A stretch of DNA of 32,000 nt from Candidatus Saccharimonadota bacterium (GTDB lineage Bacteria > Patescibacteriota > Gracilibacteria > UBA1369 > 2-02-FULL-48-14). The stretch covers positions 390,001 to 422,000 of the forward strand of contig OZ246396.1 of assembly GCA_965230905.1 (NCBI GenBank). Reading direction: 5' to 3'. The notes beneath the pieces were generated by a model. That model did no database searches, was not told the DNA's origin, and was given only the letters and a program-made list of their open reading frames with translations. Of this stretch, positions 14,481 to 23,665 are shown piece by piece; the first letter of the stretch is position 1; each line of letters starts with the position of its first letter. The position numbers and the translations under genes were made by a program.

Positions 14481-15676
14481 ACCACGAACATCATCACCAC
14501 GAAGAAACGGGCTGGAAAAAGTTTGTGCCACTGATTGCGCTGTTTAGTTTTATTGCTGTGTTCACGCTGGGTATGCAAATGGCGCACGGCTGGAGTTTGG
14601 AAAACGCGATGCTGGACTTTATGGCGGCGTTCTTTTTGATATTTGGAATGTTCAAAGTCGTGCGGCTGCGCGCCTTTGCGGAGGCTTATGCGAGTTACGA
14701 TTTGCTGGCCGGGCGGAGCCGCGTGTATGCGCATGCGTATCCGTTTATTGAGGTGGCGCTGGGACTTGCCTACTATCTGCGTTGGGAGCTCACGATTGTG
14801 AATTGGGTGGCGCTGGTGCTGATGGCCGTGAGCACTCTGGGCGTAGGGTTGGCGCTTTTGAGGCGGCGCAAAATTCCGTGCGCGTGCTTGGGAACGGTGT
14901 TCAAACTTCCTATGACTAAGGTTACTTTGGCGGAAGATTTACTGATGTTGGCGATGGCGGTTTATATGGTTTTTGGCTTGGCGCAAGCCACTGAATACAG
15001 CGTGAGCTACGCGATGTCTTCGGTTACGGGTACCACCGTGGACATGACGCTAACGATTAAAGACGAGCGCGGTGAAACGGTGAAGGATTTTGAAACGGTG
15101 CACGAAAAACCGCTGCATTTGATTGGAGTGCGTACTGACTTGCATGAATTTTTGCATGTGCATCCCGAGATGGGTAGCAACGGCGCATGGGAAGTGCAGA
15201 TCGACTTCCCCACCGAAGGGCCTTACCAATTTTATGCCGACTTCACGCCGCTGGGCGGTGAACCGCAGGTGCTGAGCTTCACCATGAGCATTGGAGAATT
15301 TGTGCGCGAGAAGCTGGGCGGCTACGAAGCCACGCAGGAAATTGATGGCTACATGGTGACGACCCATTTCCCTGAGGATCTGCAGGCCGGCGCCGTGGAG
15401 TATTCACTCACGGTTGAAAAAGACGGCCAGGCACTTACGACTTTTGAAGATTATTTAGGCGCCAAGGGTCACAGCGTGGTGATTAAAGAAGGAACGCTGG
15501 AGTACGAGCATGTGCACGCGCTGAACACGGCGAAGCCGAGCTTTATGGCGCATTTTCCTGACGAAGGCCGTTACGCCATTTTCACGCAAATTCAAGTCGA
15601 GGGGCAGCTTTTGACCGTGCCGTATATGGTTTACGTGGAGGCCGGCGAGGAGATGGATGACCATATGAGACACTAG
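14477..15676 (+). CDS. MauE/DoxX-like membrane domain fused to two putative metal-binding beta-sandwich domains
   Basis: His-rich N-terminus MNHEHHHHEE, about four TM helices and a CACLG motif as in MauE-type proteins. Two related soluble modules follow (HEKPLHLIGVRTDLHEFLHVHPE... and GAKGHSVVIKEGTLEYEHVHA...). His/acidic C-terminus. Confidence 0.6.
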   Translation: MNHEHHHHEETGWKKFVPLIALFSFIAVFTLGMQMAHGWSLENAMLDFMAAFFLIFGMFKVVRLRAFAEAYASYDLLAGRSRVYAHAYPFIEVALGLAYYLRWELTIVNWVALVLMAVSTLGVGLALLRRRKIPCACLGTVFKLPMTKVTLAEDLLMLAMAVYMVFGLAQATEYSVSYAMSSVTGTTVDMTLTIKDERGETVKDFETVHEKPLHLIGVRTDLHEFLHVHPEMGSNGAWEVQIDFPTEGPYQFYADFTPLGGEPQVLSFTMSIGEFVREKLGGYEATQEIDGYMVTTHFPEDLQAGAVEYSLTVEKDGQALTTFEDYLGAKGHSVVIKEGTLEYEHVHALNTAKPSFMAHFPDEGRYAIFTQIQVEGQLLTVPYMVYVEAGEEMDDHMRH

Positions 15677-15677
15677 C

Positions 15678-15706
15678 TTTACATGGGCAGCGTGCAGGGG
15701 TACAAT
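15678..15706 (+). promoter_or_regulatory. Near-consensus sigma70-like promoter
   Basis: TTTACA (15678-15683), a 17-nt spacer, then TACAAT (15701-15706), 22 nt before the ATG at 15729. Confidence 0.45.
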
Positions 15707-15728
15707 AAAGTTACTTTAAAGTTTTTTT

Positions 15729-15968
15729 ATGATCACTGAAGATGACATTGTTACCGTTTCAGAACTGAGAAAAAATACTTTGGCTGTTTTTAAAAAAATG
15801 AATAAGTCTAAGAAGCCATTGCTGATTTTTTCTGATTCGAAGCCTGTTGGAGTGATTATGAGTATTACTAAATATGCTGAGCTACAAATGGAATATGAGT
15901 CGGTCGTCAATCCCCAGGATTGGATAAAAGAAACGAACCGTTTAAAGAAAAAAGGTCATTCTTTATAG
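15729..15968 (+). CDS. Phd/YefM-like antitoxin-type protein (orphan)
   Basis: 79 aa. The N-terminus VTVSELRKNTLAVFKKMNKSKKPLLIFSDSKPVGVIMSITKYAEL follows the Phd/YefM pattern. No toxin-sized ORF lies adjacent. Confidence 0.55.
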   Translation: MITEDDIVTVSELRKNTLAVFKKMNKSKKPLLIFSDSKPVGVIMSITKYAELQMEYESVVNPQDWIKETNRLKKKGHSL

Positions 15969-15969
15969 G

Positions 15970-16509
15970 TTACTCGCCTAAAAGTTCCTCCACCAATCGC
16001 TCCCCTTCCGGCCAGTCGCCCATGCCGGCGGCAGTGTTGATGTGACCTTGTGCGCCGATGTTTATGAATTGAGAATTCCAGGCGTTTGCAAAATGCTGTG
16101 CACGTTCCAAGCTTACCCATTTATCGTTGTCACTCGTAACTAAGATGCTTTTAAACCTTAGTGGCTTGAGAGGAACGGGAGAAAAGCCCTGCATATCCTG
16201 AGGAAAGTCGGGGGCGTCGGCATCACCAGGTGCGACGAGCAAAGCGCCTTTTACACGGGCAGTGTTTTCGGGGTGTTCCTTAGCCCAGTGCGCCACGAGT
16301 GGACAGCCCAGGCTGTGCGCTACTAAAACCACTTCGTCGTAACGGGAGACGTAGTCGTTGAGGGTCGCGACCCAGTCATCTTTTTTGGGATTCATCCAGT
16401 CGGCCTGTTCCACTTTCACGGCATTTGGAAACTTGGCTAGCCACAGGCTTTGCCAGTGCTCGGGGCCAGAGTCTTGCCAGCCGGGAAGAATGAGGATAGT
16501 TGGGTTCAT
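15970..16509 (-). CDS. YdeN/RBBP9-type alpha/beta serine hydrolase
   Basis: MNPTILILPGWQDSGPEHWQSLW...VLVAHSLGC (nucleophile elbow). I prefer the ATG at 16509, since family members start at this strand, over the track start at 16608. Confidence 0.75.
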   Translation of the reverse strand: MNPTILILPGWQDSGPEHWQSLWLAKFPNAVKVEQADWMNPKKDDWVATLNDYVSRYDEVVLVAHSLGCPLVAHWAKEHPENTARVKGALLVAPGDADAPDFPQDMQGFSPVPLKPLRFKSILVTSDNDKWVSLERAQHFANAWNSQFINIGAQGHINTAAGMGDWPEGERLVEELLGE

Positions 16510-16606
16510 GCGGACAGTATATGAAAATCTTGTAAGAGAATCCACAAAGTTGAAGCGGCCAGCGCAGCACGTTGACGATTGAATAAGATTCTGTGAAACT
16601 GAGCTC

Positions 16607-16741
16607 ATGAAACTCCTCCCCCTCGCCTTCTTTTCTTTGGTGCTTCTGAGTGCGTGTTCTTCCGATCAAGCGAATCAAGACAATGCTATGAGCCAGGAAG
16701 GAGAGCCGATACCGGAAACCACTTTAATGCACTACGAATAA
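16607..16741 (+). CDS. Possible small lipoprotein (44 aa)
   Basis: Below the track cutoff. MKLLPLAFFSLVLLSAC... has a signal peptide plus lipobox. The stop is 4 nt before the next lipoprotein gene. Confidence 0.35.
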   Translation: MKLLPLAFFSLVLLSACSSDQANQDNAMSQEGEPIPETTLMHYE

Positions 16742-16745
16742 ACTT

Positions 16746-17240
16746 ATGGCAAAGCCATTCTTAATTGCGGTTTTTGCGCTCGGTTTTTTGAGCGGGTGCG
16801 GAACGGCCGACGAAAATGATTTTGCTTTGAGCTTGTATTTGAAGTCGGAAGAAAATTCCGAAGACAGCCATTCACAAATGGAAACACTGGATATCCACGG
16901 CACCAAGGTGACTTATACCTCGGTCTATGAGGGCTATTCATCCGATGGCGATTTTGATTTAAGTTTGGAGCAGGTGGAGTCGCTGAAATTGTTTTTGAAG
17001 GAGCAAGGGCTGGACCAAAATTTGGAGGAGAAACGGTCTATGACGGAGTTGGGAACTGCCGTGGAACTCAAAGTGGATTTGGAAATTGCCGGCGAGAAAA
17101 CCAGCATTCAATTGGAGGGAATGAGCGCGATTTATGGGGACGGAACCGGTGAAAGCAATTTGGAAAATGTTGCGACCGCATCGGCCGCGCAGGATTTGAT
17201 TTCTATCGTGAAAGATTTGGGCGGACTTTATGAAGACTAG
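16746..17240 (+). CDS. Lipoprotein of unknown function
   Basis: MAKPFLIAVFALGFLSGC is a signal peptide with lipobox. 164 aa, acidic. Confidence 0.65.
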   Translation: MAKPFLIAVFALGFLSGCGTADENDFALSLYLKSEENSEDSHSQMETLDIHGTKVTYTSVYEGYSSDGDFDLSLEQVESLKLFLKEQGLDQNLEEKRSMTELGTAVELKVDLEIAGEKTSIQLEGMSAIYGDGTGESNLENVATASAAQDLISIVKDLGGLYED

Positions 17241-18724
17241 AGCAGGCTGCGGCCCGTCATTTCTTTGGGAATTTTTTGGCCGAGCAGCGTGAGGATGGTG
17301 GGCGCGAGGTCGCTGAGGGCGGCCGTAGCTTTTGAATGAGAAGTCTTTTTGAGCGCGGTGGTGGGCTCGCTGATTAGCAGGAGCGGAACCGGGTTGCGGG
17401 TGTGAGAAGGACAAGGGCCGCCCGTGTCTTCATAGATCATGTATTCGGCGTTGCCGTGGTCGCCCGTGATGAGGACCGTGTAGCCGTTGTGGAGGGCGGC
17501 GGGCACGATTTGGGCGAGCTGGGCGTCTATGGTTTCTACGGCGCGCACGGTGGCCTTAAAATCGCCGGAATGACCCACGAGGTCGAGGTTGGCGAAGTTG
17601 AGCGCCACGAAGCTGTAGGGCTTGGGCAATTCCTTGAGTAGTTTTTTGGTGATAGCGGGTGCGGACATTTCGGGCTGAGTGGCGTACGAAGGACATTTGG
17701 GCGAAGGCACCATGATGCGAGTTTCCGTTTTGAACGGCTCTTTGATTTGGCTGTTGAAAAAGAAAGTGACGTGCGCGTACTTTTCGGTTTCGCCGATGCG
17801 GAGTTGTTTGAGTTTTTTGGCGTCGAGCACCGCGCCGAGATTGTTTTTGACTTTGGTTTGCGGGAAAACCACGGGCGCCTTGGTGGTGTAGGGACCGAAG
17901 GCCACGAAGTGCGGCTTCAGTTTTTTTGTGAACATTTCTGTGAGCTGCGCCGCGCGGTCGGTACGGAAATTGAAGAAAACCACGGCGTCGTTTTTGTTAA
18001 TGAGACCTTCGGGATTCAGCAAGATTGGCTTCAAATAATAATCGCTTTCTAGGCCGCCTTGGTACGCGGCTTCAATGGCTTTTATGGGATTGGTGGCCGG
18101 CATGCCCTTCCCTTTTACGTACAAATCGTAGGCGGCTTGCGTGCGGTCGGCGTTGTGGTCGCGGTCCATGGCGTAGTAACGTCCGACGAGGGTAGCGAGC
18201 TCTCCCCCATTTTTCTTCATGTGCTTTTGCAGGCGCTTAATGAACTGGATGGCGCTTTGGGGCGGAACGTCGCGGCCGTCGGTGATGCCGTGCACATAAA
18301 CTTTTTTGAGGCCCTGTTTTTTGGCGAAAGTTAGGAGCGCAAGAGCGTGGTCGAGGTCAGCGTGAATGCCTTGGTCGGAAATCATTCCGAGTATGTGGAA
18401 GGCGGATTTGTGTTTTTTGGCGTGCGCAGCAGCGGCCAGCAGGGCTTTCTTTTTAAAGAAGCTGCCGTCTTCAATGGACTTGTCTATTTCCATCAGCGGT
18501 TGCAGCACAACGCGGCCGGCGCCCATGGTGAGGTGGCCCACTTCGCTGCCCCCCTGCGTGCCTTTTGGGATTCCCACGGCCTCCCCCGATGCATTCAAAA
18601 GCGTCCATGGGTAGCGCCTGTAAAGCTGGTCAAAAAAGGGCGTCTTGGCGCGGGTGATCGCGTTTCCTTTATAGTCTTTGCCGTGGCCGAAGCCGTCCAG
18701 AATACAGAGAAGGACTTTTTTCAT
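17237..18724 (-). CDS. gpmI: 2,3-bisphosphoglycerate-independent phosphoglycerate mutase
   Basis: MKKVLLCILDGFG, GGSEVGHLTMGAGR (phosphoserine site) and ITGDHGNAE. I prefer the ATG at 18724 over the track's TTG at 18760. Confidence 0.92.
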   Translation of the reverse strand: MKKVLLCILDGFGHGKDYKGNAITRAKTPFFDQLYRRYPWTLLNASGEAVGIPKGTQGGSEVGHLTMGAGRVVLQPLMEIDKSIEDGSFFKKKALLAAAAHAKKHKSAFHILGMISDQGIHADLDHALALLTFAKKQGLKKVYVHGITDGRDVPPQSAIQFIKRLQKHMKKNGGELATLVGRYYAMDRDHNADRTQAAYDLYVKGKGMPATNPIKAIEAAYQGGLESDYYLKPILLNPEGLINKNDAVVFFNFRTDRAAQLTEMFTKKLKPHFVAFGPYTTKAPVVFPQTKVKNNLGAVLDAKKLKQLRIGETEKYAHVTFFFNSQIKEPFKTETRIMVPSPKCPSYATQPEMSAPAITKKLLKELPKPYSFVALNFANLDLVGHSGDFKATVRAVETIDAQLAQIVPAALHNGYTVLITGDHGNAEYMIYEDTGGPCPSHTRNPVPLLLISEPTTALKKTSHSKATAALSDLAPTILTLLGQKIPKEMTGRSLL

Positions 18725-18762
18725 TGCCTGAATTGTAGCCGAATCTGTGCGCGTGCACAAAA

Positions 18763-19455
18763 TTAAGCCTTTTTAGTGGCAAGCACGTGTGCTCGCTTAA
18801 TGAGCGCATGAAGTTGGAACCACATGTAGATGAGGAGCGGGAAGACCAGCAAGATGAGTTCTGGAATTCCGGACATGAGAAGGAAATCGTAGAGACCGTG
18901 GAGCACCACTCCCCAGAGCAGACCTTTTTGGAAAAGCTTTTTGACGACGGCGGGATCTTTGGTGAACTTGGCGACCCCGATGTAATAACCCATGATTCCG
19001 GAGAAAAGCGCGTGGGCGGGAACGGCCGTGAAAGCACGGAGGATTCCGATTCCGACGCCGAATTGGAAGGTGTACATGATGTTTTCAAAAACGGCGAAAC
19101 CCATGCTGGCGATGATGCAGTAGGTGATCCCGTCCATGATCTCGTTGAATTTTCCGTTTTCGTAGGCAACTTTTTTTACGACGAGGAGTTTTGCGAATTC
19201 TTCAGGAAGCGCGACGCACAAAAAGGGCATGAGCACCCAATAGAGTAAGGGCGGATCTTCCCAAAGGTAATAAGGCGCTGCCATCAAAATCATTTCGGCG
19301 ATGATCACGGGGAAAATCACTAAAATTCCCCAGATGAAACTATCACGCATCAGACGCATGGGCTCTTTTTCGCCTTTGTCTTTGTGCCAAAAATAATAGA
19401 GCAGCCCCACTACGGGCAAAGTGGCCACCAGGATGGTGAGCAGGATAGCTTCCAT
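18763..19455 (-). CDS. prsW: PrsW-family intramembrane metalloprotease
   Basis: Multi-TM protein with EEFAKLL, FAVFEN, HALFSGIMGYY and HGLYDF motifs, characteristic of PrsW. Confidence 0.75.
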   Translation of the reverse strand: MEAILLTILVATLPVVGLLYYFWHKDKGEKEPMRLMRDSFIWGILVIFPVIIAEMILMAAPYYLWEDPPLLYWVLMPFLCVALPEEFAKLLVVKKVAYENGKFNEIMDGITYCIIASMGFAVFENIMYTFQFGVGIGILRAFTAVPAHALFSGIMGYYIGVAKFTKDPAVVKKLFQKGLLWGVVLHGLYDFLLMSGIPELILLVFPLLIYMWFQLHALIKRAHVLATKKA

Positions 19456-19458
19456 TCT

Positions 19459-20676
19459 TTAGAGGTTAAGCAAGTAGTCCAAAGCGGCGTCCAACTGGAC
19501 ATCGTTTTCGGTGTCTATTGCTCCCGGCTCCATTGAAACGGTGATGTCTGGAGTGATTCCGGTATCGTCGATGCTGCGATCGTTGGGGGTGTACCATTTA
19601 GCAATGGTCAGGCGGAGGCTGGACCCGTCGCTGAGGTCATTGAGCTCCTGCACACTTCCCTTTCCAAAGCTCTGTTCTCCCATGAGAATACCGCGTTCGT
19701 AATCTTGCAAAGCTCCCGCCAAAATTTCGGAGGCGGAGGCAGAGCCTTCATCAATCAGCACCACCAGCGGCAAATCTTTGAGCTGCCCGTTTCCGGTGGT
19801 TTGCAGAATTTGGTCTTCCACGTTTCGGCGTTTCACAATCACGCCGGTGCGCGCGTCTTCAAAAAATTCGCTCATGATTTCAATGGAAACATCCAAGTAA
19901 CCTCCCCCGTTCAAGCGCATGTCCAGCACCATTCCGTCGGCATCGGCCAAAAGCACTTCACGCACCGCTTCTTCGAACTCGGTGAAAGTGTCGTCTCCAA
20001 ACTGGTATATAGAAAGGTGAGCCAATTTCATCCCTTCACGTTCCACAAATTCAATCTCCACGCTGGGCACGTCGATTTGTTGGCGCACGATGGTGAGTTC
20101 AATGGGTTCGTCACTTCCCTCTCGGAGTACTTTGAGTTTGGCTTCGGTTCCGGGTTCTCCACGAATCTTGGTGATGGCTTCCCACAGCGTGAGTTCGCTG
20201 GTGGCCACCCAATCGTTCACTTCGGGGTCGAAAACCATATAAATGTGGTCGCCGGGCAAGAGTCCCGCTTCTTCGGCCGGAGAATCTTTAAGTGGTGATA
20301 CGATCACGAGCTTGCCTTCTTCCACCGTGAGTTCCGCTCCAATTCCCTGTAGTTCGCCATCGAGGCTGCTTTGGAATTGCGCGGTTTCCTCGGGATTCAT
20401 GAATACGGAATACGGATCGTTGAGTGACTCCACCATTCCAGAAATCGCTCCGTAAATCTCATCTTGAGTGTCTACTTCGTCAATATTCACATAGTTTGCT
20501 TCCACCATGTCCCATACGTTCCAGAACAGATCTAAATCCACCTCTTCACTTTGGCTTTCGGTGGCGGTTTCCGTGGCCAGGGTATCGCCAAAAGAAACGT
20601 GGCCCTGCCAGCCCACGAGGCCTCCTATAAGAACGAATAAAAACGCTTTTGCGTAACTGCCGGAGTTGTTTTGCAT
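19459..20676 (-). CDS. ctpA: S41 carboxy-terminal processing peptidase with PDZ domain
   Basis: N-terminal anchor, PDZ segment (SPAEEAGLLPGDHI), catalytic GSASASEILAGALQD and a downstream FGKGSVQ. Confidence 0.85.
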   Translation of the reverse strand: MQNNSGSYAKAFLFVLIGGLVGWQGHVSFGDTLATETATESQSEEVDLDLFWNVWDMVEANYVNIDEVDTQDEIYGAISGMVESLNDPYSVFMNPEETAQFQSSLDGELQGIGAELTVEEGKLVIVSPLKDSPAEEAGLLPGDHIYMVFDPEVNDWVATSELTLWEAITKIRGEPGTEAKLKVLREGSDEPIELTIVRQQIDVPSVEIEFVEREGMKLAHLSIYQFGDDTFTEFEEAVREVLLADADGMVLDMRLNGGGYLDVSIEIMSEFFEDARTGVIVKRRNVEDQILQTTGNGQLKDLPLVVLIDEGSASASEILAGALQDYERGILMGEQSFGKGSVQELNDLSDGSSLRLTIAKWYTPNDRSIDDTGITPDITVSMEPGAIDTENDVQLDAALDYLLNL

Positions 20677-20787
20677 GTGGAAAAATTAGATCGTAGGTAT
20701 TGTAGCGAAAGCGGGTGGCAAGGCCTAGGGCAGTTTTGCTTGCTTTTCTGAAGACACAAGTATATTATTTCATACTAATTTACAAAT

Positions 20788-22071
20788 ATGTCTATCTTAG
20801 ATCTCGCCCTCGGTCTTAATCTGGCTCGTTACGAGGAAACGGCTCCTGCCGCAGAATCGGCGTATGTGGATTCGTCGTATATGGAAAGAGCGGTGGTTCC
20901 TGCACTTCAAGCTGCGGACAATGGGATGCAGACGGCTCTTAAACTGGAAAAGCTGATCAATCAACGTGGGCGCAATTCTGAAAATGCGTCGCTGTGCCGA
21001 ACCCTGGTGAACGACTGTTTTATAGGTTTTGACGATTTGCGAACGGTGCTTAAAGAGGTGGAAGCAGGAAATCCAAGCGCTACGAAAAAAATCCCCGGTA
21101 TTTTGGCGTCCATTCAAGAGGCTATGAATCTTGAGGCGCTTTTGAGCCAGATGAAAGCCTACGTTAATAAAGATAAGGAAAAGGCTCTGCCCACTTACGT
21201 TCACGAGACGCTGACTGAATTGGAACAAGTTTTTAACGGTGCCTGCGATGGCATGCGAGGAATTTCTGACGTACTCGACGTTCAATTACAGGTGCGACGT
21301 AGCATGACGAAGGCTCTGGATAACTATAAATTCCATGGCGTGCAACAAGCCTCGGCGCAGCCAGCCGCTGTGCAAGCAGCCGCTGTGGTGGAGGCTGAGC
21401 CGGTCGCGGAAGCACCGTTCAGTCCTGTAGAAACAGCCTGGTTTGAGGAAGCTACGGTGGCAGAAAGTGCGCCCGCTCAAGCTAGTAAAGGTTTCTTGGC
21501 ACGAATGAAAGCCGTGGCAGGAGAGATACTCGGCTCCTTTGGCCGAAGCCTTCCTCGCGCTGCAATGGTGGGAGCAATGCTTTCGGTTGGATGTGGCACA
21601 CCAGAAGAGGCACCGACTCCGCCCCCTGCACCCGCCCCTCTTACTATTAAAGCTATTCCTTCGGCACCCGCTCCAGCTCCAGCCCCAATTAAAAAATGGA
21701 CGATAGGCGATTCAAGCAGCATTTGGAAAGCAGTGGACAGTGCCTTGGCAGAGAAATGTCCTTCCTTAACAAAGGCTGACCGAACTAAGAAAACCGGCAC
21801 ACTTGTGCACAGTATTTTGGTGAAAGAAACTTCTGGCCTCACTAAGGTTATCGAGGCGCAGCAAGTTAAAGATACAGAAAGCGAATGGCTTGGAAAGGTG
21901 GTGACGGACGAAGCGCGTTACGGCAACGAAATACCCGGCGACTACCCTGGAGTTTTGGAGAGCAAGGGAGCAACGCGAATTGCGGGTGCCCATGGCCTGA
22001 GTTCAGTCACTATTGTGGCCAACACCTTGGCCGGATTGCCCAACTACAATACTTACAGCTGTGCCAAGTAG
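20788..22071 (+). CDS. Hypothetical protein with a helical N-domain, Ala/Pro-rich linkers and an internal signal-peptide/lipobox-like segment
   Basis: 427-aa ORF. Residues ~240-270 read MKAVAGEILGSFGRSLPRAAMVGAMLSVGCGTPEE, followed by PTPPPAPAP and APAPAPAP linkers. Confidence 0.6.
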   Translation: MSILDLALGLNLARYEETAPAAESAYVDSSYMERAVVPALQAADNGMQTALKLEKLINQRGRNSENASLCRTLVNDCFIGFDDLRTVLKEVEAGNPSATKKIPGILASIQEAMNLEALLSQMKAYVNKDKEKALPTYVHETLTELEQVFNGACDGMRGISDVLDVQLQVRRSMTKALDNYKFHGVQQASAQPAAVQAAAVVEAEPVAEAPFSPVETAWFEEATVAESAPAQASKGFLARMKAVAGEILGSFGRSLPRAAMVGAMLSVGCGTPEEAPTPPPAPAPLTIKAIPSAPAPAPAPIKKWTIGDSSSIWKAVDSALAEKCPSLTKADRTKKTGTLVHSILVKETSGLTKVIEAQQVKDTESEWLGKVVTDEARYGNEIPGDYPGVLESKGATRIAGAHGLSSVTIVANTLAGLPNYNTYSCAK

Positions 22072-22078
22072 TTTTGCA

Positions 22079-22143
22079 CAGATTTTGCAGAAATGCACCG
22101 TGGGAATTTTGTAAATAGTACTGCGTGCATTTCTGTTAATCTG
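22079..22143 (+). terminator. Long imperfect hairpin downstream of the 427-aa gene
   Basis: CAGATT-ttg-CAGAAATGCAC (22079-22098) pairs with GTGCATTTCTG-tt-AATCTG (22125-22143), giving 17 bp with a 26-nt loop. A second AT-rich hairpin, TTTTTTGC-tgcc-GCAAAAAA, follows. Confidence 0.35.
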
Positions 22144-22363
22144 CTCCGCAGAGTCGCTGACGCTCCTTTTTTGCTGCCGCAAAAAACAAAAATGTCAGTT
22201 TTTTTTCATAAATATTTCAGGAAAATTTCAGGGTTTTGACAGAACGAGGGTCTACGCTAGGCGAGCTAGTCTGTCCTTTGAAAGTTTGGTCTTTTCTTTT
22301 TTTTAGGCAGACCCTACTGGGTCCGCACGGACAGCGGCATAACCAAGAACCAAGAGGTGTGAG

Positions 22364-23665
22364 ATGAAGCGTAAACATTGGATTGTGATTTTAGCGGCAA
22401 TGAATCTACAGGCCTGCACGACGAACTTCGGCATTGGGGGAAGTGATTCCTTTTTGAAATTGCCGTTTGCGTCGGGCAAGTACTGGATTTTGACCCAGAG
22501 CTACGACCAGGGTTCGCACGTGAACTACGGTTTCGACTACGGCGACGATAGCTATGCGCTCGATTTCACTCAAAATGGATGCGATGCACATGGTGAGCCG
22601 GTTACGCCTATGGCGGACGGTGTTGTGTTGGAAGTAGCGACCGAAGGCAACGGCGATCACGGGTACGGCAATACGGTGATGGTGGACCACGGCGACGGAT
22701 ATGTGAGCCGCTATGGCCACCTCTCCAGAATTTGGGTTTCCGAAGGTGACAGCGTGGACGATTACGATGTGATTGGCACGGTGGGTAACACCGGCTACGC
22801 ACTTGGAACCGCTTGCGGCGACTACCCCGGTACCCATTTGCATGTGGCGTTCTACAAGGACGGCGAGGCTATCAAGCCGGAACCGCTCTCGGGGAACACC
22901 GACCTGCAGGAGTACTGCTGGTACAACCGTGAAGGCGACGTGAACTGCGATGGTGACCCGGGGAACTATCCCCCGGTGGACGAAGACGACGACTACTCGG
23001 GTATGAGCGGCGAAAGTGAAGAAGACGAAGTGGACATCGACGGCGAGGGTCAGGTTGGCATTAGCTACCTGGGCATCTCGCCAGAATGGGGTACCGCAGA
23101 TGAAACCGAGTTTGTGTGGGTGGCGATTGTGGTTAGTCCGGACGAAAAGCCGGACGCCACGCTGATCATCACCAACCCGAACGACGGCGTGGACTACGAG
23201 TTTGAAATGGAAACCGAAAGCCGCGATAGCCCCTACGTGTTCACCTACCAGAAGACACTGCGCGACGACGACACCGAATACGAATACTGGGTGAAGACGG
23301 ACAACGGTGACGGAAACGACACCAGTTCCGTGCACAGCATTGAAGTGGACGACAGCGAAGGCGACGTGCCGGAACTGGGGTACTACGGACAGAGTCCTGC
23401 CGATGGCAACGCGGATGAAACCGAGTTCCACTGGTCCTTGTACGTGGAAAGCGACGACGAACCGACCGTGATGATGAATATTGTCTCGGCCGCGGATGCG
23501 AAGCTCTACACGTTCGAAATGGAAACCGACGACGCAGGTAGCGACCGCTGGTACGCCGAGTTTGAAAAGACTTTGCGGGATCCGGCGGTGTACACTTACT
23601 GGATGACGGCAGAAAACCGCAGCACCGTAAACTCCGGGCTGATCATGAGCGTGGAAGTCGAGTAG
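22364..23665 (+). CDS. M23-family peptidoglycan metallopeptidase lipoprotein with two C-terminal repeat domains
   Basis: Lipobox MNLQAC. M23 core HGYGNTVMVDHGDGYVSRYGHLS...GNTG...GTHLHVAFY. Two homologous acidic modules of ~95 aa follow (23072-23353 and 23387-23662). Confidence 0.85.
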   Translation: MKRKHWIVILAAMNLQACTTNFGIGGSDSFLKLPFASGKYWILTQSYDQGSHVNYGFDYGDDSYALDFTQNGCDAHGEPVTPMADGVVLEVATEGNGDHGYGNTVMVDHGDGYVSRYGHLSRIWVSEGDSVDDYDVIGTVGNTGYALGTACGDYPGTHLHVAFYKDGEAIKPEPLSGNTDLQEYCWYNREGDVNCDGDPGNYPPVDEDDDYSGMSGESEEDEVDIDGEGQVGISYLGISPEWGTADETEFVWVAIVVSPDEKPDATLIITNPNDGVDYEFEMETESRDSPYVFTYQKTLRDDDTEYEYWVKTDNGDGNDTSSVHSIEVDDSEGDVPELGYYGQSPADGNADETEFHWSLYVESDDEPTVMMNIVSAADAKLYTFEMETDDAGSDRWYAEFEKTLRDPAVYTYWMTAENRSTVNSGLIMSVEVE

